Shown: in pieces, positions 30,609 to 41,480 of the stretch
How the letters are laid out: the number at the start of each line of letters is the position of its first letter
Position numbering within the stretch: position 1 is the stretch's first letter
NCBI GenBank assembly: GCA_965197475.1
Contig: CBDANF010000002.1
Span: forward strand, 224,001 to 288,000
From: Candidatus Poribacteria bacterium
GTDB taxonomy: Bacteria; Poribacteria; WGA-4E; WGA-3G
Reading direction: 5' to 3'
Length of the DNA stretch: 64,000 nucleotides
The notes under the pieces: generated by a model
What the model was told of the DNA's origin: nothing
What the model saw: only the letters and a program-made list of their open reading frames with translations
The model's database searches: none
Translations under genes and position numbers: made by a program

Positions 30609-31529
30609 ATGAACACAAATAACGAACAAGACACATCAAAATCGGATCTACCTGAAGGTGCAAAATTTCGGCTTGGCAAAAGTAGTATAATAGGTAATGT
30701 AGCGTTCTCTCCAGATGGCACTCGACTTGCTGTTGCTGGAGACATCGGAACATGGATATACGATGCAGATACTGGTGAAGAGGTTAGCCTCCTTGCAGGA
30801 CATACGGAGTATGTTTGGAGTGTTGCGTATTCTCCAAATGGCGAGACTGTTGCTTCTGGAAGTTATGAAGAGATATGGCTATGGGATAGTGCAACAGGGC
30901 TTCCAAAAGCGACACTCAAAGAACATAGGGATTATGTCAGAGCGTTAGCATATTCACCTGACGGGAGCACGCTCGCGAGTGGCGGTGCGGACAATATTGG
31001 GATACTGTGGGACGTTGCCACAGAAGAACCAAAAGCCACACTCAAAGGACATTTAGGGTCTATAAGGAGTATTGCGTATTCGCCTGATGGCAGCACCATT
31101 GCCAGCGCCAGTTCGGACGAGACGGTGATACTATGGCAAGCTGCAACCGGACAATCTAAGACGATACTCAAAGGACATACACACGTTGTCAATTCAGTTG
31201 CATATTCACCTGATGGTGCGACAATCGTTACCGGAAGTTCTGATGGTACAGTGCGGTTGTGGGATGCATTCACCGCACGCCGTAAAAGCACACTCACAGA
31301 ACATAAGTTTTATATTTGGAGTGTGGTATATTCACCTGATGGTAGCATCATTGCAATTGGTGGTAGAGATGGCGCGGTGCGTTTAGTGGAGGTTGTTACA
31401 AGTCAAGTCAAAAACGAACTCAAGGGGCACATAGGTTCTGTTAGAAGTGTTGCGTATTCGCCTGATGGCAACACGATTGCCAGCGGCAGTGAAGATCATT
31501 CAGTACTTTTGTGGGACCTTGCTTTGTAG
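30609..31529 (+). CDS. WD40-repeat beta-propeller protein
   Basis: About 7 repeats of 'GH...V.SVAYSPDG..IASGS.D.TV.LWD'. Confidence 0.93.
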   Translation: MNTNNEQDTSKSDLPEGAKFRLGKSSIIGNVAFSPDGTRLAVAGDIGTWIYDADTGEEVSLLAGHTEYVWSVAYSPNGETVASGSYEEIWLWDSATGLPKATLKEHRDYVRALAYSPDGSTLASGGADNIGILWDVATEEPKATLKGHLGSIRSIAYSPDGSTIASASSDETVILWQAATGQSKTILKGHTHVVNSVAYSPDGATIVTGSSDGTVRLWDAFTARRKSTLTEHKFYIWSVVYSPDGSIIAIGGRDGAVRLVEVVTSQVKNELKGHIGSVRSVAYSPDGNTIASGSEDHSVLLWDLAL

Positions 31530-31583
31530 CAGTTGATATTCTTGTGGGAAGGGTTTCAACCCCGATTTACAACCAAAAATATT

Positions 31584-33296
31584 CTACACTCGCATAACAA
31601 CAGGGAGAACTAACGGGCTCCGTTGCATCTGCTTCGCGAAAAACCGGCGGAGTGCGGTTCGTATCTCATCCTGCACTATTCCTGTTTCGTGTTTCTGTTC
31701 GTCAGTTAGATTTTCGATGACCTTGCGAGTAATTTCTTTCGCTTCAGTTACAAGGTCTTCCGAATTGTCCATGTAAACAAAACCGCGAGAAACAATCTCG
31801 GGTTCAGTAGCGATCCCACCGCCATCACTATGCAAGACAATAATTGGAATAACCATTCCATCTTGTGAAAGCTGGATTCTGTCCCGCAGAACAATGTCCT
31901 CAAGTTCATTTTCTGGTTTTCCATCAACCAATACCCTTCCCGATCGCCCCTGCCGTTCAAGCACTTCACACGACTCAGGCGTGAGACTAATCAGTTCTCC
32001 ATCTTCAGCCACTCTAATGTTGTCTCTTGGAACACCGACAGACTCAGCAAGTTCGGCGTGTCGCACCAGATTTTGATATTCTCCGTGTATAGGGACGAAA
32101 AACTTGGGTTGCAAGAGGTTAAGCATCAGTTTCAAGTCTTCACTTGAGCCGTGACCTGAAACGTGGACATTTGCATTGCGTTCATGGAATATGTTAGCAC
32201 CGCGTCTCAGTAGATGGTTTACGACATTTCCAATAGATTTCTCGTTGCCGGGAATAATACGGGCAGAGATTACGACTGTGTCGTTCGGTTCAACCTTTAA
32301 AAAAGGGTGGTTGTCAAGTGACATCAAGGTCATCGCGGAGCGCGGTTCGCCTTGGCTACCAGTGCATAAAATAACAACCTCATGCGGTTTGAACATAGAT
32401 GCATCGCGGGCATCAATCAAATAATCAGGATTCATTTTGAGATGACCAAGTTCAGTTGCTGTGCGGACATTGTTGATCATGGAACGTCCAGTAACAGCAA
32501 CGAGCCGCTGATGTTTCAGTGCCAAATCTATGAATTGTTGCAGACGGTGGAGGCTTGAAGAAAAAGTGCAGAGGAACAGTCTCTGCTCCGTTTTTTGAAA
32601 GATATTGTCTATTGCATCGTAAATGCTGCGTTCGGAAGGTGTCTGTCCCGGCCAGTTGGCGTTCGTGCTGTCGGATAGCAGTAACTGAACTCCCTCAGAA
32701 CCTAATCGGGCTAACGTTTGAATATCGGTCAACTTACCGTCAATAGGTGTTCCGTCAAACTTGAAATCCCCTGTATGGACGATAACACCAATAGGGGTTC
32801 GCAGCGCGATTGCAACTGAATCCGGTATACTATGTGTAACGTGAATGAACTCGGCAGTGAATTTGCCTAATGTTACGGTATCTCCAGGGGTGATGGGATT
32901 CAGTTGTGCTTTACCTAATACGCCGTATTCTTTCAGTCTACCGCTTGCGATTGAAAGTGTTAGTTGCGTGCCGTAAACTGGCACATCTAACTGTTGCAAC
33001 ACATAAGCCAAAGCACCGATGTGATCTTCGTGACCATGTGTTAAAAGTATCCCGCGAACCTTATCTTGCCGTTCAACGAGGTAGTGGATATCTGGAAAGA
33101 TTAGATCAACACCGGGCATGTCTGAATTCGGTAACATGAAACCTGTATCAATGACAATCATGTCATCTTCAGTCGCGTAGACCATCATGTTGAGTCCGAA
33201 TTCGCCTAATCCTCCTAATGGTATGATCGAAATACTTCCGTTAAGGATCTCTTCATTAAGGATCTCTTCATTTTTAATAAGTGTTGAATTTGTCAT
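31584..33296 (-). CDS. rnj: Ribonuclease J
   Basis: PLGGLGEFGLNM, THGHEDHIG, HTGDFK, TGSQGEP, HVSGH, PIHGE. Confidence 0.95.
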   Translation of the reverse strand: MTNSTLIKNEEILNEEILNGSISIIPLGGLGEFGLNMMVYATEDDMIVIDTGFMLPNSDMPGVDLIFPDIHYLVERQDKVRGILLTHGHEDHIGALAYVLQQLDVPVYGTQLTLSIASGRLKEYGVLGKAQLNPITPGDTVTLGKFTAEFIHVTHSIPDSVAIALRTPIGVIVHTGDFKFDGTPIDGKLTDIQTLARLGSEGVQLLLSDSTNANWPGQTPSERSIYDAIDNIFQKTEQRLFLCTFSSSLHRLQQFIDLALKHQRLVAVTGRSMINNVRTATELGHLKMNPDYLIDARDASMFKPHEVVILCTGSQGEPRSAMTLMSLDNHPFLKVEPNDTVVISARIIPGNEKSIGNVVNHLLRRGANIFHERNANVHVSGHGSSEDLKLMLNLLQPKFFVPIHGEYQNLVRHAELAESVGVPRDNIRVAEDGELISLTPESCEVLERQGRSGRVLVDGKPENELEDIVLRDRIQLSQDGMVIPIIVLHSDGGGIATEPEIVSRGFVYMDNSEDLVTEAKEITRKVIENLTDEQKHETGIVQDEIRTALRRFFAKQMQRSPLVLPVVMRV

Positions 33297-33339
33297 AAGA
33301 TAATCTAAGTTTCCACCTATGGTCAGTTAACGATTTGCT

Positions 33340-34365
33340 TTATTGCCAATGCAGATCAAAGTAATCGTAAGTAGTTGAGGTAATTTGCTGCATTTTGCCG
33401 GTTTCAACATCTAAGATGAAGATTTCGCTGGTGCGTCGTCCGTCCGAATCTTTACCGATAAATGCAACCTGGCTTCCGTCCGGACTCCATGTCGCGTCCC
33501 GTCCTGGGTAAAGACTCAGATTCTGATAGCTCTTAAATCGTCCCTGTTCTACAGTAGCAACGCATATCTCATCTGACGTATAAAACAGAAACTGTTTGCC
33601 ATCTGGTGACCACTCTTCAATGTTTTCACACGGCGGCTCGTTTTGTTGCAGAAACCATCTTCTCCCCATACTGACGACATCCGGTTCTGCAAGTGCAAGC
33701 AACTCCTCAGTCATAAAGGCTATCCATTTATGGTCTGGCGACCACTTGGGCCATTGTGTTCCCTTCGGCAACACTTCAAGTAATCTTCTATGCGGGTTTT
33801 TTACCGTTTTGCCCTTCACATCCCAATGTAACCATCCCTTTGCCCACTGCTCGCTCCGCCACCGTTTTATTTTTCCACCAACCGTTACCTCCCAATTTTC
33901 CAACCGATCTTTCGGGCGGTCAACCTCGATTACAACCAGAACGGCGTTACTTAACGGCGACCACCAGAAATCGTGAATATCATACTGTTTCTTGATCAGT
34001 TGCTTGTTCTCGGTGCCATCTGCCCACATCATATATAGCGATTTTGCGCCGTTGATCCCAGATATGTAAGCAATTCGCTCCCTATCCGGTGACCATCGCG
34101 GCTTGCGCGAAACCCCATTATTGGTGAGTCGGCGGAAATCTGTGCCGTCTGGATTCATCGTACAAATGTTATACTGATGAAATTCCCACCAATTTGTTGT
34201 ATCTCGACCCCTCTGCAGCGTCCGTGTTGTGGCTCGAAAACCGTCTTCATTCATAAACGGTTCACGGATGGCAAAGACCAATTTACCTGCACTTTCCTCT
34301 GCAAACACAACGCTACCTACCATGACAACTAATATGAACACACTCATCACACATTTGATACGCAT
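33340..34365 (-). CDS. Secreted TolB-like (PD40) beta-propeller protein
   Basis: Signal peptide; repeated 'WSPD' motifs. Confidence 0.8.
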   Translation of the reverse strand: MRIKCVMSVFILVVMVGSVVFAEESAGKLVFAIREPFMNEDGFRATTRTLQRGRDTTNWWEFHQYNICTMNPDGTDFRRLTNNGVSRKPRWSPDRERIAYISGINGAKSLYMMWADGTENKQLIKKQYDIHDFWWSPLSNAVLVVIEVDRPKDRLENWEVTVGGKIKRWRSEQWAKGWLHWDVKGKTVKNPHRRLLEVLPKGTQWPKWSPDHKWIAFMTEELLALAEPDVVSMGRRWFLQQNEPPCENIEEWSPDGKQFLFYTSDEICVATVEQGRFKSYQNLSLYPGRDATWSPDGSQVAFIGKDSDGRRTSEIFILDVETGKMQQITSTTYDYFDLHWQ

Positions 34366-34477
34366 AAGTCCTCCTATTTGAAATGAGGGTACATCTTGGC
34401 ATTGAACAAACCCGACTTTCTTGACATAATCCTTTTTCTTACAGTTTCCGCTAACTATTAGTCATTCCGGATGATCT

Positions 34478-37063
34478 CTAAACAACGATATTAATCAGGC
34501 GATTCGGGACAACAATTACCTTCCGAATCGGTTTTCCTTCAATAAACCGTTGAACCCGTTCATCTGTGAGAGCTGCTTCCTCTATCTCTTTTTCGGTAGC
34601 ATCAGTAGGGAGTTGGAGCCGATTTCGGAGTTTTCCGTTTACTTGTGCGATGATGGTTACGGTGGCACTCGTTAGGATGGATTCGTCATGTGTGGGCCAC
34701 TGTTCGTGCGCGATGAACCCTATTTCACCGAGACGGTGCCACAATTCTTGCGCAAGGTGCGGCGCGTAGGGTGAAAGCAGATGCAGAAACACCTTCACTG
34801 TCTCTATCGGCAGTGATTTTACCTGCGTTGCAGTGTTAACGAAAATTATCATTTGACTAATCGCGGTGTTCATCTTGTCGATTGACTCTGTGTCCTCTGT
34901 CACCTTCTTGATGGTCTTATGGAGTTCCCGCCAGAGTTCAGATTCTGTTGTACCAGGAGCATCAGTTAACTTCTCATTAAGTTCACCGTTCACTTCATTT
35001 ACAACAAGTCGCCACACGCGTTGAAGGAATCGATAGACACCCTCCACACCTGCGTCCTGCCACGGTGTACTGGCTGTGACGGGTCCAATAGACAGCAGAG
35101 AGAGACGAATTGCATCCGCGCCGTATTTGTCAATCACATCGTCTGAATTGATGACATTAAAACGGGATTTAGACATCTTTTCTATTTGCACATTGAGTGG
35201 TGTGCCATTGGTTTTTGCCACCGCTGATTTCCCGTCGTTCTGTTTAACTTCATGTGGGTAATAGTACTTGCCCGCGTCGTCTTGATACGATTCGGCAAGG
35301 ATTGTCCCTTGGTTCACCAAGCCTTGGAACGGTTCCTTGGTCGAGACTAAGCCGCAATCGTGCAGAACCTTATGCCAAAATCGAGCGTAAAGCAGATGTA
35401 ACACAGCATGTTCTGCGCCACCCAAGTACAGATCGACAGGCATCCAGTAACGTTCAAGTGCCGGATCAAAAGGTGCCTCGGTATTGTGGGCATCAAGGAA
35501 ACGGAGATAATACCAACAGGAGCCTGCCCACTGTGGCATGATGTTCGTTTCCCGTGTCGCTGCTCGCCCATCTAGTAGTGTCACGTTCAACCATTCGGAT
35601 CCAGCACGAGCAAGGGGTGGTTGCCCATCTTCTGTCGGTTTGTAGGCATCAATAGGCGGGAGTTCTAATGGTAGTTCCTCGTCTGGCAGTTGAACAATGG
35701 TTCCATCTTCAAGGTGTGCAAGCGGGAAGGGTTCGCCCCAATACCGTTGTCGCGAGAAGAGCCAATCCCGCAGACGATATTGAACCTGACGCGTGCCTCT
35801 CTTCTCACTTTCAAGCCATGCGATCATCTTTTCCTTAGCATCGTCAACCTGCAAGCCGTTGAGAAAATCGGAGTTTACACAAACGCCATCACCTTCAAAA
35901 GCTTCTTCTTGAACCGTAGTCGCTGAGGCACGGGGACCTTGCGCATCAGAGGAAATGGGAGAGATAACCTCAACGATAGGAATACCAAAAGTTGTGGCGA
36001 ATTCATGGTCGCGTTCATCGTGTCCTGGGACAGCCATGATAGCACCAGTGCCGTAAGTCATAAGGACATAGTCTGCTACCCAGATCGGGATAGGTTGGTT
36101 GTTACATGGATTGATAGCATAAGCACCCGTGAAAACACCGGTTTTTTCCGTGGCGAGGTCGGTGCGTTGGAGATCGGATTTGTTGGCTGCCTCCTGAACG
36201 TAATTGTAAACAGCAGAAACCGCATCGTGGTGCGTTATCTGGGAGACGAGCGGATGTTCAGGTGCAAGCACACAATAGGTTGCACCAAAGAGCGTATCCG
36301 GACGCGTTGTAAACACAGTGAAGTTGGCATCGCTATCTTTGATGTCAAAGGTAATTTCTGCACCTTCCGACTTACCAATCCAATGCCTCTGCATCTCTTT
36401 GAGACCATCGGGCCAATCCAATAGGTCTAAGTCTTCCAGCAATCGATCTGCATAGGCAGTAATTTTGAGCATCCATTGTCGCATCAGGCGACGCTCAACC
36501 GGATCACCAGTTTCAACATATTTTCCGTCCTTTACCTCCTCGTTTGAGAGGACAGTGCCTAACGCCGGGCACCAGTTTACAGGGACATCCGCAAGATATG
36601 CCAAGTCTTTTTCGTAGAGGCGGAGGAAAATCCATTGTGTCCACTTATAATAGTCGGGTAGGGAGGTGTCAATTTCACGCGACCAGTCGTACGAAAAACC
36701 GAGACGTTGAATCTGTTGCCGGAAGGTGTCGGTGTTCCGTTTTGTGATGTGTGCTGGATGTTCATTTTCACGTACTGCTGTCCGCTCTGTCGGAAGCCCG
36801 AATGCATCCCATCCCATCGGGTGCATCACGTGATAGCCCTGCATCCGTCGGAAATTCGCAAGTACATCAGTAGGTAAGTAATTTTTTGAGTGTCCCACGT
36901 GCAACCCGGCACCTGAAGTATATGGGAACATTCCAAGCACATAGAACTTCGGCTTAGTCTTTAGAGTCTCAATATCATTTGGAACTTTAAATGCTTCCTT
37001 TTCTCGCCACTCGGCTTGCCAATAGGGTTCTATTTCTTCCGGGGCATAACTGTGGTTCTCCAT
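34478..37063 (-). CDS. leuS: Leucine--tRNA ligase
   Basis: MFPYTSGAGLHVGH (HIGH), WLFSRQRYWGEP, KMSKS; RBS AAGGAG before ATG at 37063. Confidence 0.97.
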   Translation of the reverse strand: MENHSYAPEEIEPYWQAEWREKEAFKVPNDIETLKTKPKFYVLGMFPYTSGAGLHVGHSKNYLPTDVLANFRRMQGYHVMHPMGWDAFGLPTERTAVRENEHPAHITKRNTDTFRQQIQRLGFSYDWSREIDTSLPDYYKWTQWIFLRLYEKDLAYLADVPVNWCPALGTVLSNEEVKDGKYVETGDPVERRLMRQWMLKITAYADRLLEDLDLLDWPDGLKEMQRHWIGKSEGAEITFDIKDSDANFTVFTTRPDTLFGATYCVLAPEHPLVSQITHHDAVSAVYNYVQEAANKSDLQRTDLATEKTGVFTGAYAINPCNNQPIPIWVADYVLMTYGTGAIMAVPGHDERDHEFATTFGIPIVEVISPISSDAQGPRASATTVQEEAFEGDGVCVNSDFLNGLQVDDAKEKMIAWLESEKRGTRQVQYRLRDWLFSRQRYWGEPFPLAHLEDGTIVQLPDEELPLELPPIDAYKPTEDGQPPLARAGSEWLNVTLLDGRAATRETNIMPQWAGSCWYYLRFLDAHNTEAPFDPALERYWMPVDLYLGGAEHAVLHLLYARFWHKVLHDCGLVSTKEPFQGLVNQGTILAESYQDDAGKYYYPHEVKQNDGKSAVAKTNGTPLNVQIEKMSKSRFNVINSDDVIDKYGADAIRLSLLSIGPVTASTPWQDAGVEGVYRFLQRVWRLVVNEVNGELNEKLTDAPGTTESELWRELHKTIKKVTEDTESIDKMNTAISQMIIFVNTATQVKSLPIETVKVFLHLLSPYAPHLAQELWHRLGEIGFIAHEQWPTHDESILTSATVTIIAQVNGKLRNRLQLPTDATEKEIEEAALTDERVQRFIEGKPIRKVIVVPNRLINIVV
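35916..35947. repeat. REP-like palindrome (family A) inside the leuS coding sequence
   Basis: gtagtcgctgaggcacggggaccttgcgcatc; its reverse complement matches the intergenic copy at 57164 (gcgcaaggtctctgtgcctcagcga). Confidence 0.75.
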
Positions 37064-37685
37064 TACACGGGTTCTCCTTACGTTTTTTCTGATAGTATAC
37101 GTCGTGTGCCTACTACTTTTAAAATTGTTGGGGTGTGAAAGTCTTTGTGATTGTATGTAGGACGTTTTATAGGTTGTAATTAGGACGTTTTGCACGTCCT
37201 ACGGACGTGCAAATGCCAAGCAGTACAAGGAATAGGACGTGATTTCGCGTTTTTTGCCTTTTGTCTAGCTTCACTTTGTAGCATAAGCGGTTAATCTCTG
37301 AACATACAATCTTTCTGTGATAATAATTATAACATATACACGTATGTTTGTCAAATTATTTAGAGGCGTTTGGACTTTTGACAAAACTTTACACACCTAA
37401 ATTATTGCAGTATTAATGCACATTTCCTGAAACTATGTTATACTTAATGTTCGTTGTAGAATTTTAACACAAAATGTATACTGTGTCAAAACAAATCCTC
37501 TCCTTGTAGGCGAAATGGGAATGTAGAAACGCAATGACAGAATTCGCAAAGAATTGTCAATAAAACTTACAGAAATCTCAAAACAAATGTAGCATTTTAA
37601 GACTATCCTTAAACTTAATGGTAACGTGATAGTGTTGCAATAGGTAGTTGTTCTAATCAAAATTCAGAATAGGAGAAGGGAAACG

Positions 37686-39131
37686 GTGAAATTCAATTTA
37701 TCTCGACGTCAGTTTCTCAGCTATGGAGCAGTTGCTGCTGCGTCTGCAGCTGTCGGCTTCGGGTTTTCAGGCGTAAGTCGCAAACTGATAAAACACGTGC
37801 TGGGTTTCAGACCCAAGCCCCCCTATAAATTTAAACCAAGTCCGAACAAACTCCTTGACCTACCAGAAGGATTTGTTAGCCAGGCGTTTTCACGGACTGG
37901 TGAGAAGATGGACGATGGGCTTTGGGTGCCGGGCAAGCACGATGGAATGGCAGCGTTCCCCGGACCTAATGGAAAAACAATCCTGATCCGCAATCACGAA
38001 TTGAACGCAACTGACAAAATTGTCGGGCCTTTTGGGTGGAATAACGAAAAGATTGGCCTGGTTGACACGGAAAAAATCTACGATTTAGGCTCCAAGAAAC
38101 TTCCTTGCCTCGGCGCGACAACAACGCTTGTCTATGATACCCGCACTGCTACCCTTGAAAAACATTTCTTGAGTTTGGCTGGGACAATCCGTAATTGTGC
38201 AGGCGGTCCGACACCTTGGAATACTTGGGTGACTTGTGAGGAAACGGTGCAAAAAGCCGTGAACGTTTTTGAACAGGATCACGGTTACAATTTCGAAGTG
38301 CCTGTTTCTGCTACGCCGGGCTTGGTAACTGCCGTTCCACTAAAAGCGATGGGCAGGTTCAATCATGAAGCTATTGCTGTGGACGCTCACACCGGTATCG
38401 TCTACGAAACCGAAGACAGAAACGACGGATTATTCTATCGCTTCATTCCTGAAGAGCCAGGGAAACTTGTCAAAGGTGGCCGACTTCAAGCATTGAAAAT
38501 CCGAGATATGAAGTCCGCAGATACCCGAAATTGGAAAACCTCACTACAAAAGATTACGCCGTGGACTTATGACCCTATCTTTGTCTCACAGAAAATGGCT
38601 GTTGCATGGGTAGATGTGGAAAATGTAGAGGCACCAAAAGATGATCTTCGCAAGCAGGGGGTTGAGGGTAAAAATGCAGCAAAATTTGCGCGTGGTGAAG
38701 GTATATGGTTCAGTGGAGATGCAATTTATATGGCATGCACGAATGGCGGCATTGCACAGAAAGGGCAAATCTGGCGATACATCCCAAGTCCGTATGAAGG
38801 CACAAGCCGCGAAGATAAAGAACCTGGCACCCTTGAACTCTTTATTGAACCGAACGATAGTAATCTCCTTGAAAATGCAGACAACTTGACGGTTGCACCG
38901 TGGGGCGACCTTATTATTTGTGAAGATGGTTCAAGAGAGCAGTACATCGTTGGCGTTACACCTAAAGGACATACCTATCAATTTGCTCGGAACGCCTCAA
39001 ACACCTCCGAGTTGGCAGGTTCAACGTTCTCGCCAGATGGTACCACGCTCTTTGTCAACATCCAGAATCCGGGGATCACAATCGCTATTACCGGGCCTTG
39101 GCACGAAATACGTCAGCGGCATTTGGCATAA
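37686..39131 (+). CDS. phoX: PhoX-family alkaline phosphatase (Tat-exported)
   Basis: SRRQFL Tat motif; HDGMAAF, RNHE, NCAGGPTPWNTWVTCEE, GRFNHEA, RGEGIW, DNL, CEDG, NIQNPG. Confidence 0.9.
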   Translation: MKFNLSRRQFLSYGAVAAASAAVGFGFSGVSRKLIKHVLGFRPKPPYKFKPSPNKLLDLPEGFVSQAFSRTGEKMDDGLWVPGKHDGMAAFPGPNGKTILIRNHELNATDKIVGPFGWNNEKIGLVDTEKIYDLGSKKLPCLGATTTLVYDTRTATLEKHFLSLAGTIRNCAGGPTPWNTWVTCEETVQKAVNVFEQDHGYNFEVPVSATPGLVTAVPLKAMGRFNHEAIAVDAHTGIVYETEDRNDGLFYRFIPEEPGKLVKGGRLQALKIRDMKSADTRNWKTSLQKITPWTYDPIFVSQKMAVAWVDVENVEAPKDDLRKQGVEGKNAAKFARGEGIWFSGDAIYMACTNGGIAQKGQIWRYIPSPYEGTSREDKEPGTLELFIEPNDSNLLENADNLTVAPWGDLIICEDGSREQYIVGVTPKGHTYQFARNASNTSELAGSTFSPDGTTLFVNIQNPGITIAITGPWHEIRQRHLA

Positions 39132-39447
39132 AACCTCCTTTCCTTTCACAATTTCCTTTACTACAATCTCAAATTTCATTTTTCTTGACTTTTTTATTAT
39201 ATATGGTAATATAGAAGCATAAATAAACGCAATAAGTAGTTTTGGACTTGCAAAAAACATGTGAAAAAGTGTGATAAACCCTTGTGTAGACAAGGTTTAT
39301 ATGGTATAATATAGATAAGAAAAAAGGGAGGTTGTAGCCTCCCAATTAACCCAAAAAGCAGAGTTGCTTTCTGAAGGTTCTAATCTTATCTGATATTATA
39401 TCAGAAATCCGTCAGAAAAAGCAACTCCTATTTCAAGGAGTTATCTG

Positions 39448-40329
39448 ATGGATTTAATCAAGGTCATGGAACGTTTCCCCGATCAAGAGAGTTGTATTGC
39501 ACATTTAGAGAAGATTCGTTGGCGAGGTAAACCTGTGTGTCCGCATTGTGAAAGCGATCATATAGGAGAACGGACAGAAACAGAAATCGGTCGTATCGGT
39601 CGTTGGAACTGCCACGAGTGCCAAGTGAGTTTCAAGGTGACGTGCAGGTCGGTGTTTCACGGGACAAAGATAGCGTTACAGAAGTGGTTTTTGGCTATTT
39701 CGTTGATAACGAATGCGAAGAAAAGTTTGTCAAGGCATCAACTGGCGCGCGATTTAGACTTGAATCAAAAGACAGCATGGTTTATGATGGCACGTATTCG
39801 TGCTGAAATGGCAAAGAAAGGCGGGGCTTTACTACAAGGTATCATTGAAGCAGATGAGACCTATATTGGCGGTAAACCTCGTAAAAAGAACAAACGTGAA
39901 GATGATGAACCACATAAACGTGGCAGAGGAACGGAGAAAACTGCTATAATAGGAGCAGTGCAACGTGGGGGTAGGGTTGTCGCACAGGTGGCACATAACC
40001 TCACAGGACGCACTATCCTTGAGTTTATTCGGAGTGCTGTAAACCTAAAGGACTCGGAACTAATAACCGATGAGTATCAGGCTTACAACGCTATTGGAAA
40101 GGAAATGAAGCACGCTGTTATCAACCACAAGGTGCAGTTTGCTGATGGTGATACACATACAAACACGATTGAAGGGTTCTGGTCACTACTCAAACGGGCT
40201 TGGTATGGACAGCATCACCATTATCAGACAGGATACACACCGCTGTATGTGGCGGAAGCGTGCTATAAGTATAACTATAGGAGCGTTGACAGCTTGTTTG
40301 TCAAGTTTGTCAACGAAAGTATGTTGTGA
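39448..40329 (+). CDS. IS1595-family (ISXO2-like) transposase
   Basis: CPHC...CHEC; IEADETYIGG; ITDEY; HTNTIEGFWSLLKR. Confidence 0.93.
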   Translation: MDLIKVMERFPDQESCIAHLEKIRWRGKPVCPHCESDHIGERTETEIGRIGRWNCHECQVSFKVTCRSVFHGTKIALQKWFLAISLITNAKKSLSRHQLARDLDLNQKTAWFMMARIRAEMAKKGGALLQGIIEADETYIGGKPRKKNKREDDEPHKRGRGTEKTAIIGAVQRGGRVVAQVAHNLTGRTILEFIRSAVNLKDSELITDEYQAYNAIGKEMKHAVINHKVQFADGDTHTNTIEGFWSLLKRAWYGQHHHYQTGYTPLYVAEACYKYNYRSVDSLFVKFVNESML

Positions 40330-40346
40330 GAGAAGTTAGAGATTCT

Positions 40347-40559
40347 ATGGCAGATGTATTGAGTCAGCACGGACTAGATAAGAAAAGTGATAGTCCTTCA
40401 AGATCTGCTCTTTCTGAAACAGAATTCTTTGAAGAATTTTGTATCGTTGCTGAATATTTCATCGATGCATTTCACAGGTATGTTGAAGAATTCAGGACTG
40501 CCGATAATGTTCCTCAGACAAAACATTCTGGGAAAACAAGTGAGCTTGACACCGGTTGA
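40347..40559 (+). CDS. Small hypothetical passenger protein
   Basis: Short ORF immediately after the transposase, inside the IS ends; no motif. Confidence 0.3.
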   Translation: MADVLSQHGLDKKSDSPSRSALSETEFFEEFCIVAEYFIDAFHRYVEEFRTADNVPQTKHSGKTSELDTG

Positions 40560-40764
40560 GTGCGTCCATAAAATTATCAAAAGTGGTTAACATTTCCTCT
40601 TTTGATTTGAATTCTAACACCATTTTTGCGCGTTCTTTGTGATGTATGTAGATGTAGAAACTACTTTTTGCGCTTATGTGGCGTTCTTCAGTTTCAATTC
40701 TCTGACACATAGCCAAGTTTAATGCTTTTCTTTCATTATTTTCGGTATATTCAACGAAAAACAT
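40492..40764 (-). CDS. Hypothetical passenger protein
   Basis: AAGGAG RBS upstream; inside the IS1595 ends. Confidence 0.45.
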   Translation of the reverse strand: MFFVEYTENNERKALNLAMCQRIETEERHISAKSSFYIYIHHKERAKMVLEFKSKEEMLTTFDNFMDALNRCQAHLFSQNVLSEEHYRQS

Positions 40765-40819
40765 GATTTTAATCTCCTTTGGAGTTAGAGGGGACAGGGT
40801 CCCCTCGTTGTCAGAGTTG

Positions 40820-41194
40820 TTATAAGTATTCGGGGATTACTTCTGACACGCTGGTTATTGCTACAGCAATAGATAGTTCACTCTTTAAGCTCCATGTCGA
40901 GCATATAAGTGAGACAACAATCATACGTAAACCAAAAGGTTCAGATGGTTCACCAAGAGTTGCTGTATGCAAAATGCATTCGGTAAATTTATCGCGCTTT
41001 TCATTGGGCACACCAAAGGTGAGAGCAAACCCTCTAATAATCGTTTCATACAATTGCTTTTTGGGAGTATCAGAAGGGTTTAGATCACGCAAGGTTTCAT
41101 AATGTGTCAATGCAAGACGAGGGAATTCCCTTATAAGCCACTTATCTCTATCTTTGTGTTTCCTGCGTTCTTTCCAATCTGAAAACAAAGACAT
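40820..41194 (-). CDS. Hypothetical passenger protein
   Basis: AAGGAG RBS upstream; 124 aa; inside the IS1595 ends. Confidence 0.55.
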   Translation of the reverse strand: MSLFSDWKERRKHKDRDKWLIREFPRLALTHYETLRDLNPSDTPKKQLYETIIRGFALTFGVPNEKRDKFTECILHTATLGEPSEPFGLRMIVVSLICSTWSLKSELSIAVAITSVSEVIPEYL

Positions 41195-41480
41195 AATAGT
41201 CTCCTTGTGTAAAAGGGAGTGGTTTCAGCGATGTAATAAGCTAAATGCAAAGCGATTATTATGTCGCTGATTCTATAAATATGATGTTAACTGTTTGGTT
41301 CACGAGAACTATACACACGAAACTTTCCAATGTTACTTGGTTATGGTAGAGACCGCGCCTTGCGACGCGGGTAACATTCTCTACCAAAGTTTTCGTGATG
41401 TTAATAGGATACTATACTGGCAGGATTTTGTCAAGTAAAAAATTTGAGAAAAATTTTCAAGTCCAAAACTACTCATTGCG

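Larger units (their letters stand above)
39228..41480 (+). mobile_element. IS1595-family element carrying passenger ORFs (2253 bp)
   Basis: IRs CGCAATAAGTAGTTTTGGACTTG (39228) and rc CGCAATGAGTAGTTTTGGACTTG (ends 41480); no target duplication visible. Confidence 0.85.

Noticed and set aside
41395-41480. N-terminus of the methyltransferase as given by the ORF track
   Set aside because: It lies within the IS1595 right end, so it is not native coding sequence.
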